A DNA stretch of 64,000 nt from a virus. The notes beneath the pieces were generated by a model. The model was not told where the DNA came from and searched no databases. It saw nothing but the letters and a program-made list of their open reading frames with translations. This document shows positions 1 to 9,601 of this stretch, piece after piece. The stretch covers positions 32,001-96,000 of the IMG/VR virus record IMGVR_UViG_3300025154_000049; one strand, written 5' to 3'. Position 1 is the first letter of the stretch. Each line of letters begins with the position of its first letter. The position numbers and the translations under genes are program-made.

Positions 1-1579
1 TTAAAGTGTAATAAGGTTCCTTAGTTCTATCCACAGATAAATATTCTGTTTCTACATTACTTGTTCTAAGTAACTGACGAGTAACATCTCCTTGAAACAT
101 GTCAGTAGTTATAACTTTAATAGGGTATCCCATTTTTATCAATAAAAATAAAAAATCTATGACTTTAATTATATTTATTTCTTCCCCTTTTTTGGCTTCT
201 ATCCCTATAGCAAAATCTACATAGAACATTCTTTCTCTTTTTTTAGTTACAGGAATACTAGGATTCTCTATAGTAGGTCTTATTTCAAATTCCTCTAGTG
301 TGCTATATACTGAAGATAGTCCAAATCTATCTTTCTTAGTAGCTATATCTAAATGAACAAACCTGTAACTATCCTGATGAAGAGGTTTTTTAAAATAATC
401 TAAACTATGAACATAATTCTCTAACTTATCGTTTGGGTCATTAAAACTCATGCTAATAATATCATTTTTGAATCTGTTTGGATTAACAAATAAGTTCCTA
501 ACGAGTTGTTTAGATTTAAACAAAGATATATCTGCATGAACCCTACGTCCAGCTACATCCCTTATACTCCCTATTAATCTAGTACCACTAAAATCTTCAT
601 AATAAGTATAAGGAACATCTATTGTATTTTCTTCCATCTCTGGAGAAATTATTTCTTCATCATCAACTAATCGGGGGTCTCTTTTAGAATCCCCTAAGAA
701 AACCCTAAAAGTATCTTTTGTAAAAGTACCCTTAACTTGCCAAGCTGACAAGTTATCCCTAAAATTTCCGAATGGGTTAGTCTGTATTTCTTCAATAGCA
801 GTATTTAAATAGTCTTGTTCGTCTATGGGGGAACTTACTAACCATAAAATACCAGGCATAAAATCGCTAAATTTATCAAACCTAGATTTTCTTCTCGTCT
901 TGAACAGGTTATGAATATCTTGAGCTTTTTTTATAGACTCCTTCCCTAAGTAATAAGAAACTTCGTCCATTAAACACCCGAAATTCATCTTACCTAATAA
1001 ATGGTTAATATTTGAACCAATATTAACTAGGATGATATCGTTAATTATAACACCCTCGTCTGAAGCAGTGGTTCTAGCTTTTGGAGTTGCTTTTCTCTCT
1101 ATAAAATAGGGAGAAGTATTAACCATCCCCAAAAACTTAGAGAAAGCAACAGAACTTCCCTGAGCTTTATCTGGTGTCATTATTGTAAAAGCAAAAGGGT
1201 CTAAGCGTTTTGTCTGTAAATAATAGGTATAGGGGTCTTTTAAACACATCAATTTGTACATTTCATATACCATAGAGGCTATTGCTATAGTCGTCTTACC
1301 TACTCCTATTGCAGTTGAGAGAATAAATTCGTTATACATGTTAATACAAGGGTGCGGATGTACTTCTTGAAGTAGTTCTAACCAGTAATCGTATATCTCG
1401 TCCCCTAAAGAATTTCCTAAATAATAAGGGTCTTTTATAAAAGTAACTATATCTACAGGTTTCTCCGTATAAGAATCTTCTTCAGCATAATAAATAGCCT
1501 CCCCTTTATCCCAAATGGAAAGGTCTTTGTAATTGGTAAAAACATCTTCAGTATAATTAATCCTCTGAAGGTAAGTCAT
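1..1579 (-). CDS. terL: Terminase large subunit (3' end runs off the window; absent from the ORF track)
   Basis: Manual translation from ATG 1579: MTYLQRINYTED...DPYYLGNSLGDEIYDYW...EFILSTAIGVGKTT (Walker A), FGCLMDEV (Walker B), RFVHLDIATKKD (RNase H-like nuclease motif). Confidence 0.9.
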   Translation of the reverse strand, partial: MTYLQRINYTEDVFTNYKDLSIWDKGEAIYYAEEDSYTEKPVDIVTFIKDPYYLGNSLGDEIYDYWLELLQEVHPHPCINMYNEFILSTAIGVGKTTIAIASMVYEMYKLMCLKDPYTYYLQTKRLDPFAFTIMTPDKAQGSSVAFSKFLGMVNTSPYFIERKATPKARTTASDEGVIINDIILVNIGSNINHLLGKMNFGCLMDEVSYYLGKESIKKAQDIHNLFKTRRKSRFDKFSDFMPGILWLVSSPIDEQDYLNTAIEEIQTNPFGNFRDNLSAWQVKGTFTKDTFRVFLGDSKRDPRLVDDEEIISPEMEENTIDVPYTYYEDFSGTRLIGSIRDVAGRRVHADISLFKSKQLVRNLFVNPNRFKNDIISMSFNDPNDKLENYVHSLDYFKKPLHQDSYRFVHLDIATKKDRFGLSSVYSTLEEFEIRPTIENPSIPVTKKRERMFYVDFAIGIEAKKGEEINIIKVIDFLFLLIKMGYPIKVITTDMFQGDVTRQLLRTSNVETEYLSVDRTKEPYYTL

Positions 1580-2003
1580 TATTTTCTCTAGCCCTTCGTT
1601 TCATTTCATTAACAAATTCTCTTATTCGGGCATCCTGTGGAAGATTTCCTCCTTTAGCAGGAGGACTATCTTGAAAATAAGCTCTTATTATCTCATTTTT
1701 TGTTGAAATATCATACAGTTTAGTCAAAAAACCAAGACTAGCGTACTTAGACTTAACCACGCTATTCAATAGCTGTATTAAATCTTTAGGTTCTAACGCA
1801 AAGATAAATTCATCGGAACACAAATACTTCTCTATCTTTCTAATTATCCTGTTACATTTTCTAATACATCCCATTTCGTTTGAAACAAGACTCATAAACT
1901 TGTCAGGTGTCAAATTCCTCTTAATACGAGTTTTATTCTCAACTAAAGATTTTACCTCAGAAGTGATATCTATTATTTTATCTTTATTGTCGTTAGAATC
2001 CAT
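1557..2003 (-). CDS. Hypothetical protein, possible terminase small subunit
   Basis: 148 aa helical ORF overlapping the terL start; positional inference only. Confidence 0.4.
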   Translation of the reverse strand: MDSNDNKDKIIDITSEVKSLVENKTRIKRNLTPDKFMSLVSNEMGCIRKCNRIIRKIEKYLCSDEFIFALEPKDLIQLLNSVVKSKYASLGFLTKLYDISTKNEIIRAYFQDSPPAKGGNLPQDARIREFVNEMKRRARENNDLPSED

Positions 2004-2026
2004 CTTAACCCCGTACCCTTAATCAA

Positions 2027-2374
2027 CTAAATGTTTATTTCCATAGAATCGTTGTCGATTATTTCTATAAATTCTTGATAAATATCTAAAGTCTTAGCTT
2101 TATCTATTTTCTTTTTAGGATTGACAGTAACCTTAGAGAATATCTCTTCAGCTTCTTGTATAAACCCATATAACTTTTCTTCTTTAGGAAAACTTACCTT
2201 CTTACCAGCACACATAAAAAAGAACTTAAAGATATCTACTCCAACATCTTTGTATATAGAATATAAAGTAGGAAAGTCTATATTCATGTTCCTACTAATA
2301 TAGAACAAGATACAAGTGGTTCTATTCACTGGTATTTTTAACGATGGTTGAACTGTTGTTTCAGCATGTTCCAT
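2027..2374 (-). CDS. Hypothetical protein
   Basis: 115 aa ORF overlapping the end of the sigma-like gene. Confidence 0.6.
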   Translation of the reverse strand: MEHAETTVQPSLKIPVNRTTCILFYISRNMNIDFPTLYSIYKDVGVDIFKFFFMCAGKKVSFPKEEKLYGFIQEAEEIFSKVTVNPKKKIDKAKTLDIYQEFIEIIDNDSMEINI

Positions 2375-2934
2375 AATAAATCTTTCCTCACCACATCTAG
2401 CTTATGTAACTCATTTATATCAACATTTTCTAATTCTTTTAACTTTTCATATTGCTTTACGATATCACAATAGTATTCTATATCCTCATAAGCATCGTCA
2501 TACTTTAGCTTACCACAATAATTTTCTACGTTGTCTAAATTATCGTCTTCTATTTCCTCATCTTCTAACGAGTCGTTAGCCTTTAGCCTTAACTCATCTT
2601 TATTTATATATTCAAAGTCTAAAGATATAGGATTTTGATTATTTATCAAACGATAATTAACCTTAGTACAGTAATTCCTAACTATTGTATGAATAAAAGT
2701 CCCTAAACATCCTTTATTAACATCATAGTTTTGGGAAACTTTCTCATAAATAACTACAAAACAATCATTGATATTATCCTCATTGAATTGTTTTTGTAAC
2801 AGATATTTATTTAAAAGTCTTTTAACATAAGCAATTATTTGAAAATAGAACTCTCTACTACAGAGACCTTCGTTATCATAGATATCCTGTATCTTTTTAT
2901 AATTGCCGTATAATTTTTTTGGTGTTTCAGACAT
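2338..2934 (-). CDS. Phage RNA polymerase sigma factor-like protein (sigma70 region 2)
   Basis: DNINDCFVVIYEKVSQNYDVNKGCLGTFIHTIVRN resembles region 2 (D..Q......YD..KG.F.T.....IRN). Confidence 0.6.
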   Translation of the reverse strand: MSETPKKLYGNYKKIQDIYDNEGLCSREFYFQIIAYVKRLLNKYLLQKQFNEDNINDCFVVIYEKVSQNYDVNKGCLGTFIHTIVRNYCTKVNYRLINNQNPISLDFEYINKDELRLKANDSLEDEEIEDDNLDNVENYCGKLKYDDAYEDIEYYCDIVKQYEKLKELENVDINELHKLDVVRKDLLWNMLKQQFNHR

Positions 2935-2943
2935 ATAGTTTCC

Positions 2944-3111
2944 TTAATCATTCAAATTGAAGTTATGTGAATTATCTATATTATCATTTAAATTCATTTT
3001 TTTATCTTCTGTTTTATTTTCTTTTTGGGGTTCTTCTGGAACCACTTTCAGCTTGCATTTACAATTAGGACATTCTAACTCTAATTCCTCGTGTTTATGG
3101 TCTTCTCCCAT
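2944..3111 (-). CDS. Small CxxC protein
   Basis: Likely start MGEDHK at 3111, just after the upstream stop; CPNC motif. Confidence 0.5.
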   Translation of the reverse strand: MGEDHKHEELELECPNCKCKLKVVPEEPQKENKTEDKKMNLNDNIDNSHNFNLND

Positions 3112-3112
3112 T

Positions 3113-4048
3113 CTAGTATCCCTCCTGAAAGTCTTGTATAAAATCCACATTAGGTAGTTTATTGTGTTTCAATAAAATGGAATAGATAACATCATGTTTA
3201 AATTTAAATTTAGAACTGTATGTTCTTAAATTAGGTAAAAATAAATTACTTAATTCTACAAGTTCTAACACATTTAATAATTGAAGTTCTTCTTTTTCTA
3301 TGTACCTTCTTATTTTCTTACTCTGAGATTTATTTATGAGTTTATCTTTCTCGAAGGATAATAAAAGATTGATGCAGGATTCAGAATCAGTATTAATATT
3401 TTGTAAATGTTGAATAGTTTTGTCAATATTAGTTTTCTTAGTATTGTCGATTAAATCTAAAAAATATCTATTATGGTCTGTCTCTGGAAGAACTTCATTT
3501 TTTAATTTTATCTTCGTATCTGGAATCAATATTTCAGAATTTTTCTCCGAATCCACCGAACTAATTTTGTAGAAACCTACATTAACCACCATCGATTTAG
3601 AGAATAAAATAGGATAGTCAATAAAAGTTCCGAGCATATAGGTATCATTAACCACCTTATCCGCAGTCATAAAATATCTTTGATATCCCGCTTTTAAATC
3701 CTCCTCTATAAAAATCCAATCATTGCTAATAGGAACCCTATCTCCCAACTCAGTAAAATAATCAGAATCTAACAAAGTAACAAATTCCACTATATCATTT
3801 CTTTTTAAAATTATTAATTCCTTGTCTTGAGGAGTAAATAGCTGTTTCTGATTTAATAATAATTCCATCTGAGTTTCTACGGGCTGTTTTATAAAATAAT
3901 TTACAGGTATTTTTAAGGTTTTAAGAAAGGTTTCAATACCTGAATTAGACATTTTAAAAGGATAATTGTCCTCGAAAAATTTATCAATCTCCTTAACACT
4001 TAAATTATAGATTTCCCCGTTTAAGTATTTATCCCTAATTAGTTTCAT
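3113..4048 (-). CDS. Hypothetical protein (weak DUF932-like N-terminus)
   Basis: 311 aa; FLKTLKIPVNYFIKQP motif; coupled to the primase gene. Confidence 0.55.
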   Translation of the reverse strand: MKLIRDKYLNGEIYNLSVKEIDKFFEDNYPFKMSNSGIETFLKTLKIPVNYFIKQPVETQMELLLNQKQLFTPQDKELIILKRNDIVEFVTLLDSDYFTELGDRVPISNDWIFIEEDLKAGYQRYFMTADKVVNDTYMLGTFIDYPILFSKSMVVNVGFYKISSVDSEKNSEILIPDTKIKLKNEVLPETDHNRYFLDLIDNTKKTNIDKTIQHLQNINTDSESCINLLLSFEKDKLINKSQSKKIRRYIEKEELQLLNVLELVELSNLFLPNLRTYSSKFKFKHDVIYSILLKHNKLPNVDFIQDFQEGY

Positions 4049-4766
4049 ATATTCCTCCTAAATCTTCTATAGCAAATTTTAGTTTATCTAAAAAAATATT
4101 TAATCCCGAAGGATTACTTAAAAACATAGCACAATCTTTATGTGCTGGAGTAACAACTTTATGCTGAACATGCCAATCTGTGGAAGTAGTTAAAATTCTA
4201 TGTATTCTATTTTCTTCTTTATTTACAGATTTCTTACCTACGTTGTCTATTTTATCTTCATCATTATCGTAACAAAATATTATCTTAGAGACAGTATTCT
4301 TAAATATTTCTAAATTGCTAATAGTTATCTCAGAGCCATTTAAAGCTAGGCAATATTTGTAATATTGTTTTAACCATATAGCATCTTTAACACCTTCACA
4401 AATTATAACAGGTTTGGTATAGTCAAAATCAGAAAAATCCTCCCACCCAAATATAGGGGGAATGTTGTTTTTATAATCAAAAATAGTTCTATACTCTTTT
4501 TTATCATAACTTCTCAAAACAAAACCTATGATTTTTTTACTGGGGGTAGCTAAAGGAATCATCCAAAAACAAGGATTTTCTTCAAAATACTTCCAAAAAC
4601 TTTTAATAGGATACTGATATTTTATAGTATCCTTAACAAAAACTAAACCCACAGGTAATCCCTTCTTCAATTGAAAACATGTATAGTTTTCATTAGTTTC
4701 TGGAACTAACCCACACACAGGTATAGAATGTTTATAAAGTTTTATAAAATCCTCTAACAAACCCAA
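4035..4766 (-). CDS. DNA primase (TOPRIM domain)
   Basis: VIICEGVKDA and IIFCYDND TOPRIM motifs, C-terminal HKD. Confidence 0.8.
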   Translation of the reverse strand: MGLLEDFIKLYKHSIPVCGLVPETNENYTCFQLKKGLPVGLVFVKDTIKYQYPIKSFWKYFEENPCFWMIPLATPSKKIIGFVLRSYDKKEYRTIFDYKNNIPPIFGWEDFSDFDYTKPVIICEGVKDAIWLKQYYKYCLALNGSEITISNLEIFKNTVSKIIFCYDNDEDKIDNVGKKSVNKEENRIHRILTTSTDWHVQHKVVTPAHKDCAMFLSNPSGLNIFLDKLKFAIEDLGGIYETN

Positions 4767-4790
4767 TCCTCAATATTCACCCATAACAAC

Positions 4791-4819
4791 ATTATAACAT
4801 AACACAAAGGATATGTCAA
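4791..4819 (-). promoter_or_regulatory. sigma70-type promoter
   Basis: TTGACA-N17-TATAAT with extended TG, upstream of the primase gene. Confidence 0.8.
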
Positions 4820-4926
4820 TACCGTTACAAGATTAAATTTTAATTAAAATGAGGCAAGTATTACAAAACGCTAAGATGACAGAGTGTGGTCAATGAGCAA
4901 AAGTAATTTAGCCTAAAGTCAGTGAT

Positions 4927-5406
4927 GACAAGATACAATTACTACTATGTAAGTTTGTATAGTTTCATTTCTTGTTATTAAGATTAATGATAGTAGTTTT
5001 CCATATACAATCCAAGCTTACTCTTCTTAACAGGTATTAATAACCTATTCTCCTCAAAGAGAGATAACTGTGAACGTGCTTTTTAACCTATTATTATAAC
5101 AGGTTAGGGCTTTAAAAGAACAACTGTATGGGAAACTTCTGTAACTATTTAAGTGAGATTGCTTTTTTTATCAGCGTTTCACCCAGTACATTCATCTCTA
5201 CGAGATGGTTTAACAATTTACTTACAGGGAGATTTCGTTGTTGCATACAGAAGAGTATTAACCATTTCTTCAGCATTTTACCCATCTGATAACATTTTAG
5301 CATATTATAACAATTATGTCAAGATTTTAATTCCTTCAGTTTCCGACAAGATACAATTACTACTATGTAAGTTTGTATAGTTTCATTTCTTGTTATTAAG
5401 ATTAAT
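4927..5406. repeat. 62-bp exact direct repeat (4927-4988 and 5345-5406) flanking a structured non-coding region
   Basis: gacaagatacaattactactatgtaagtttgtatagtttcatttcttgttattaagattaat occurs twice, 418 bp apart. Confidence 0.95.
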
Positions 5407-5446
5407 TCTCTAAAGAGAAAAGAAATATAAATATATTTATATAATA

Positions 5447-5851
5447 TTAAACTCTATAATAAGGAGTTTTATAAACTCCCATATCTCCAAATAAGTCTAA
5501 CTTATAATTTCTTTTATCTGCTATTCTTTTTTTAAAATTATTACTAATATTTAACTCTGCTAATTCATTGAAAAGATTCTGAATAAATTCAGAATTAAAT
5601 AGGTTATGTAATCTATCTGTTTTCTTAAGATTGTTAAAACTAACTATTAAGCATATAGAATTACCGTCTCTATGATAATCAAATTTTGCTTTATACAACT
5701 TTCCTAAAGCTTCCTCTTTTTTATACCTGTCTAAAATTTTCATGACATCGTAGATATCTGATTTAATTATTTCCTCTTCTTCGTCATGAAGAACATCTTC
5801 TTTTTCTAAATCTAACTTATCCATTATCTGTTTTATAAAATCTAAAGACAT
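5447..5851 (-). CDS. Hypothetical late protein
   Basis: 134 aa; late-promoter motif at 5883-5893. Confidence 0.65.
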   Translation of the reverse strand: MSLDFIKQIMDKLDLEKEDVLHDEEEEIIKSDIYDVMKILDRYKKEEALGKLYKAKFDYHRDGNSICLIVSFNNLKKTDRLHNLFNSEFIQNLFNELAELNISNNFKKRIADKRNYKLDLFGDMGVYKTPYYRV

Positions 5852-5895
5852 AAATCCACCCTGACGTATTATGTTTTCTAAATATAATATAAAAA

Positions 5896-5922
5896 TATCC
5901 GTCGATTTAGGGTCGACGGATA
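5896..5922. terminator. Intrinsic terminator hairpin
   Basis: tatccgtcga-tttaggg-tcgacggata with A/T-rich flanks. Confidence 0.75.
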
Positions 5923-5943
5923 CAAACTTATTATAGTTAATTA

Positions 5944-6462
5944 TTATACGCTAGGTTTAATTGAAGGGTTGCCTCCAGATTGTACATTTTTGTCTACTTT
6001 ATCAGCAGTACTTTTCCTTGTTATGATACCCATAATGTTATCAATATACTGTTGAAGTTGTGGGTCCATCTGACCTCCCATAGCAGATTTAAGATATTCA
6101 GCAACTCCTAGAGCCCCTTCTTTTCCAGTTGAGTTAGGATTCATAATTTTTTCCAAAGCACTCAACATAAGAATATTTTCATTCATTAATTCTTCTGACT
6201 TAGCCTTAGCTTTACCTTCTCCAGATATACTTTTAGGAACAGTGTGTTCAATGTCTGGAGCTTTATCGTCTTTAGATTTAGCTAGTTGAGCTTTATCCAC
6301 TCTTTTTTTAACTCTCTTAAGGTCTACTTTTTGAGTAGTACCTTCCCCAGATATATCACTAGGGGTAGTGTGTTGTATTTCTACTTCTTTAGCTGATTCT
6401 TGCATCTTTCTTAATTGCAGTCTAGCTATAAAGTCATAAGAGCTGTCGAATCTTTCGTTCAT
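5944..6462 (-). CDS. Hypothetical protein with internal repeat, probably virion/prohead-associated
   Basis: IQHTTPSDISGEG / IEHTVPKSISGEG repeat; in a late-promoter operon. Confidence 0.6.
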   Translation of the reverse strand: MNERFDSSYDFIARLQLRKMQESAKEVEIQHTTPSDISGEGTTQKVDLKRVKKRVDKAQLAKSKDDKAPDIEHTVPKSISGEGKAKAKSEELMNENILMLSALEKIMNPNSTGKEGALGVAEYLKSAMGGQMDPQLQQYIDNIMGIITRKSTADKVDKNVQSGGNPSIKPSV

Positions 6463-6476
6463 TTTAATACTCCTGT

Positions 6477-6707
6477 TTAATAATTATAACTTGTGTCTTT
6501 ATTTTTTAAAACTCTCTTTAGTTCTTGTTCCAACTCCATATTATCTATTACTTCAAGAGCTTTGGATAAAGTAATTAAAGTTGGGTCAAATTTTCTAGCA
6601 AAGTTTATAATGTCTTGTACTTTATAGTTATCCCCATAAACATTACAAGTCTCTTTTTCATTAAGAACACTACAAAATTCTATTATTTTTTGAAATTTAC
6701 TAATCAT
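6477..6707 (-). CDS. Hypothetical late protein with N-terminal LNE motif
   Basis: MISKFQKII...VLNEKE; late motif at 6734-6744. Confidence 0.6.
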   Translation of the reverse strand: MISKFQKIIEFCSVLNEKETCNVYGDNYKVQDIINFARKFDPTLITLSKALEVIDNMELEQELKRVLKNKDTSYNY

Positions 6708-6754
6708 AGTGAGTTCCTTATAATATATCTATTTATAATATAAACTAATGTCTT

Positions 6755-7534
6755 CTACAGTTTATATTCCTTTATGTATTTTATTTTTTTACTAGATACT
6801 CTACTTTCGGAATGTTTAAATTCATGGGAACATTCAATACATTTAATAATTTTTGAAGTTACTATTACTTCAAAACAAGTTATTTTACATTTGTTCTCTA
6901 AAACATCTATTTTTTTATCTATTGTTTCTTTTATATTTTTTGTAATTGTCCTAAAAGTTAGGTTACTTCTACATTTAGGGCAATTGTGAACATAAGTATC
7001 TTTTAACCTCTGTGTCAGCTTATTAGAGACCTCTTCTAAAGTTATTTTACCTATTAACTGATTCAATAAAGTTTCTTTTAATAAATTATTTATCTTCAAA
7101 TTTTTATTTTTACATAAATCTAATAAATCTTCTTGTTTTAAATTTCTTAGTTTACTATGTAACTTATTTATTTTATCATTTATAAGAGCTTCCCTGCTTA
7201 TTTCAAAAGATAAATCATCCTTAACTGAAACAATCCCCACCTTATTTAATTTATATCTCTTTAAAACGCTACAAACTTCTTCAGAATGTTTATGATGTAT
7301 AATTAAGTAGATGTAGTCAAAAAATTTAAGATATGTCCTTAGCTGAGGTATAAATCTCTTTAGATTATCTGCCTCGGACTTTATTTCATATCCTATAAAA
7401 TGCTCATCTTTAAGTAATGCGAAGTCAACTCTATTCTTCCCATTTATATCATATTCGTTAATAAAAATTCCCTGATTAAAAAATTCTTTATTTTCTAAAA
7501 TATACTTTAATCTTATATCTTTATCTTTAATCAT
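6755..7534 (-). CDS. PD-(D/E)XK nuclease-fold protein (sce7726/MmcB-like) with C-terminal Zn ribbon
   Basis: NEY...NRVDFAL...GYEIKSEADNLKRFIPQLRTY; CPKC...CIEC. Confidence 0.7.
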   Translation of the reverse strand: MIKDKDIRLKYILENKEFFNQGIFINEYDINGKNRVDFALLKDEHFIGYEIKSEADNLKRFIPQLRTYLKFFDYIYLIIHHKHSEEVCSVLKRYKLNKVGIVSVKDDLSFEISREALINDKINKLHSKLRNLKQEDLLDLCKNKNLKINNLLKETLLNQLIGKITLEEVSNKLTQRLKDTYVHNCPKCRSNLTFRTITKNIKETIDKKIDVLENKCKITCFEVIVTSKIIKCIECSHEFKHSESRVSSKKIKYIKEYKL

Positions 7535-7576
7535 ACCCTTATACTTGATTATCTAAGCCTAAATATAATATAAACC

Positions 7577-7978
7577 TTACTTAGATATAAAATATTCGTA
7601 AACTATATAATCTTTCTCATATCTTTTCCAATTTATCGGGTTAAAAAATCCTTTGAAGAATGACCCAGAATCTTGAATAAATTTATAATCGTTTAATAAT
7701 TTTTTTAAAATTCCCCCTAACTTAGTACTGTTTCTTTTATCCTGAAAAAATTTTCTAAAATTGTTATCTAATAGTTCACTTTCTTTTTTAATATATAATT
7801 TAAATGAAAGCCTGTTTTTACTGTAGTATCTAATCTCTGCCACTCTTTTTGGATTGTAGTAATTAGTTAAGTTCTTGTTCCAGAGGGTTATTTGGCAATC
7901 TAAATCATTCATAATTAACTCCTTAATATAGTGTATATCATACCACCAATAATCAATTATATCAATACATCTTGACAA
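7577..7978 (-). CDS. Hypothetical protein
   Basis: 133 aa ORF. Confidence 0.5.
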   Translation of the reverse strand: MSRCIDIIDYWWYDIHYIKELIMNDLDCQITLWNKNLTNYYNPKRVAEIRYYSKNRLSFKLYIKKESELLDNNFRKFFQDKRNSTKLGGILKKLLNDYKFIQDSGSFFKGFFNPINWKRYEKDYIVYEYFISK

Positions 7979-8032
7979 AACATTAACAATATGTTACAAT
8001 GTATATATAATAAATAAGGAAATATTAAAATT

Positions 8033-8689
8033 ATGATTTATTTTTTAGACAATAATCCAGAATTAGCAGGAATCTATTTGTCGGATAAACATCTATCTTG
8101 TCAACTGGGAAGTGCTTGTACTGTAATTTGTACGGTATTGGAAAATTACACCGATTCTTCTATGCCTCAAAAAGTAATAAATAAAAGTAACGCTGTAGTT
8201 AGTTGGGCTAGTATCTCTAAATCTAATTTTGAATGGTTAGTAGAATACGCTCAATCCGTGCAACGTCATTTTTATACCATTTATGGTAAATATCATAATA
8301 CTACTATAGATTTATCTTCCATTATAGTTCCTGAATTACCCAAAGGAGGACTTATGGAATTTCCTCAGTTACTTCCAGATAGGTATAAAATGGAAGGAAA
8401 TTCTGTAGAAGCCTATAGAAATTATTATGTTATGGAAAAAGCTAAAATATCCAATTATAGACAAAAAGCTCCAGATTGGTTTTTAAATAAATTAGACGAG
8501 ACCCAGAGAACTCTATACATGGATTATTTTGAACACATAGGTACCAATTTAAGAATATACAGGGATAGTGATACAGGTATTGTTATACAAAAAAAATTAG
8601 AGGATAGTTGGGTATCCTTAGGTAACTTAACTTTAGAAGAGCAAATACTGATTGAGAGGATACTGGATAATGGGTTTAGGGAAGGATAG
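8033..8689 (+). CDS. Pyrimidine-dimer DNA glycosylase/endonuclease V-like protein
   Basis: MIYFLDNNPELAGIYLSDKH, WASIS..NFEWL, VEAYRNYY...K...PDW motifs; sigma70 promoter at 7972-8000. Confidence 0.7.
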   Translation: MIYFLDNNPELAGIYLSDKHLSCQLGSACTVICTVLENYTDSSMPQKVINKSNAVVSWASISKSNFEWLVEYAQSVQRHFYTIYGKYHNTTIDLSSIIVPELPKGGLMEFPQLLPDRYKMEGNSVEAYRNYYVMEKAKISNYRQKAPDWFLNKLDETQRTLYMDYFEHIGTNLRIYRDSDTGIVIQKKLEDSWVSLGNLTLEEQILIERILDNGFREG

Positions 8690-9037
8690 CCTAGAGGAGC
8701 TGGTTTTTGAACTTTACCAGTCTGGGGAAAATAGGGAAGAGTTATTGAAGTCTTTAATCTGTACTTTTATTAATCTAGCAAATATTGATAAAGATTCAGA
8801 AGTACAATTAACAGCAAAAAGTTTATTAGAAACAGCAAAAAATTTAATAATATAAGAAATTGTATTTTATATTATAATTGAATACTATATACAATTTACT
8901 ATGAAGTTTTTCTGAGCAGGTTTCCTCCTTTACTGCTCAGTTTTTATTTGTTATATTTTGAATATAGAAATAGAGCCTCATAAAGGCTCTATAACGACTA
9001 CGTATTTCGATTTATACAGATGATATACGAGTAATGA

Positions 9038-9493
9038 TTAATCTGTTAATTTTAACAATATCTGATTACATGTATTTCTTATCTCAGATATAGATATCTC
9101 TAATTTTTCATTAGTTTTTGCTTGACTGTCTAAGAACATTTTGAACTCTTGTCTCAATAGATATCTTTGGTCATTGTGTTCTAAGTTAGTATTTTTACAT
9201 TTAATAGTATGGTTCTCTATTAAATTCTCTGTTTCTTCAAATATTTCTTCTTTTAATTCTTCTTTTAATTCTTCTTTACAGTCTTTTACTTTTTTATCTA
9301 TCTCAGAGCTTACCCCTTTTTGCAAATTGTCCTCATAATATTTTTTAATTATATCTTCTACTACTTTCTTAAATATCCACTTACCTGCATATTTTATAAT
9401 TAATACTATGATACCAATGCTACTGGCATAGTAAGCTGGTATACTTAAAAAGGATAAACAATCTTTTAATGTAGTAGCACCTAAATCTATCAT
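9038..9493 (-). CDS. Membrane protein, holin-like (one TM helix plus coiled coil)
   Basis: Likely start MIDLGA at 9493; hydrophobic SIGIIVLIIKY; late motif at 9527-9537. Confidence 0.45.
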   Translation of the reverse strand: MIDLGATTLKDCLSFLSIPAYYASSIGIIVLIIKYAGKWIFKKVVEDIIKKYYEDNLQKGVSSEIDKKVKDCKEELKEELKEEIFEETENLIENHTIKCKNTNLEHNDQRYLLRQEFKMFLDSQAKTNEKLEISISEIRNTCNQILLKLTD

Positions 9494-9601
9494 ATTTAAT
9501 TTCCTCGTAAAATACCATTCCCTAAATATAATATAAATCAACCATAATAAAACAAGAGGGCTTTTTACACCCTCTTGTTTATTTATTTTTTAGATTAACT
9601 A

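Noticed and set aside
5153-5380. 75-aa plus-strand ORF in the repeat region
   Set aside because: GTG start without RBS, runs into the direct repeat, and lies opposite a consensus minus-strand promoter.
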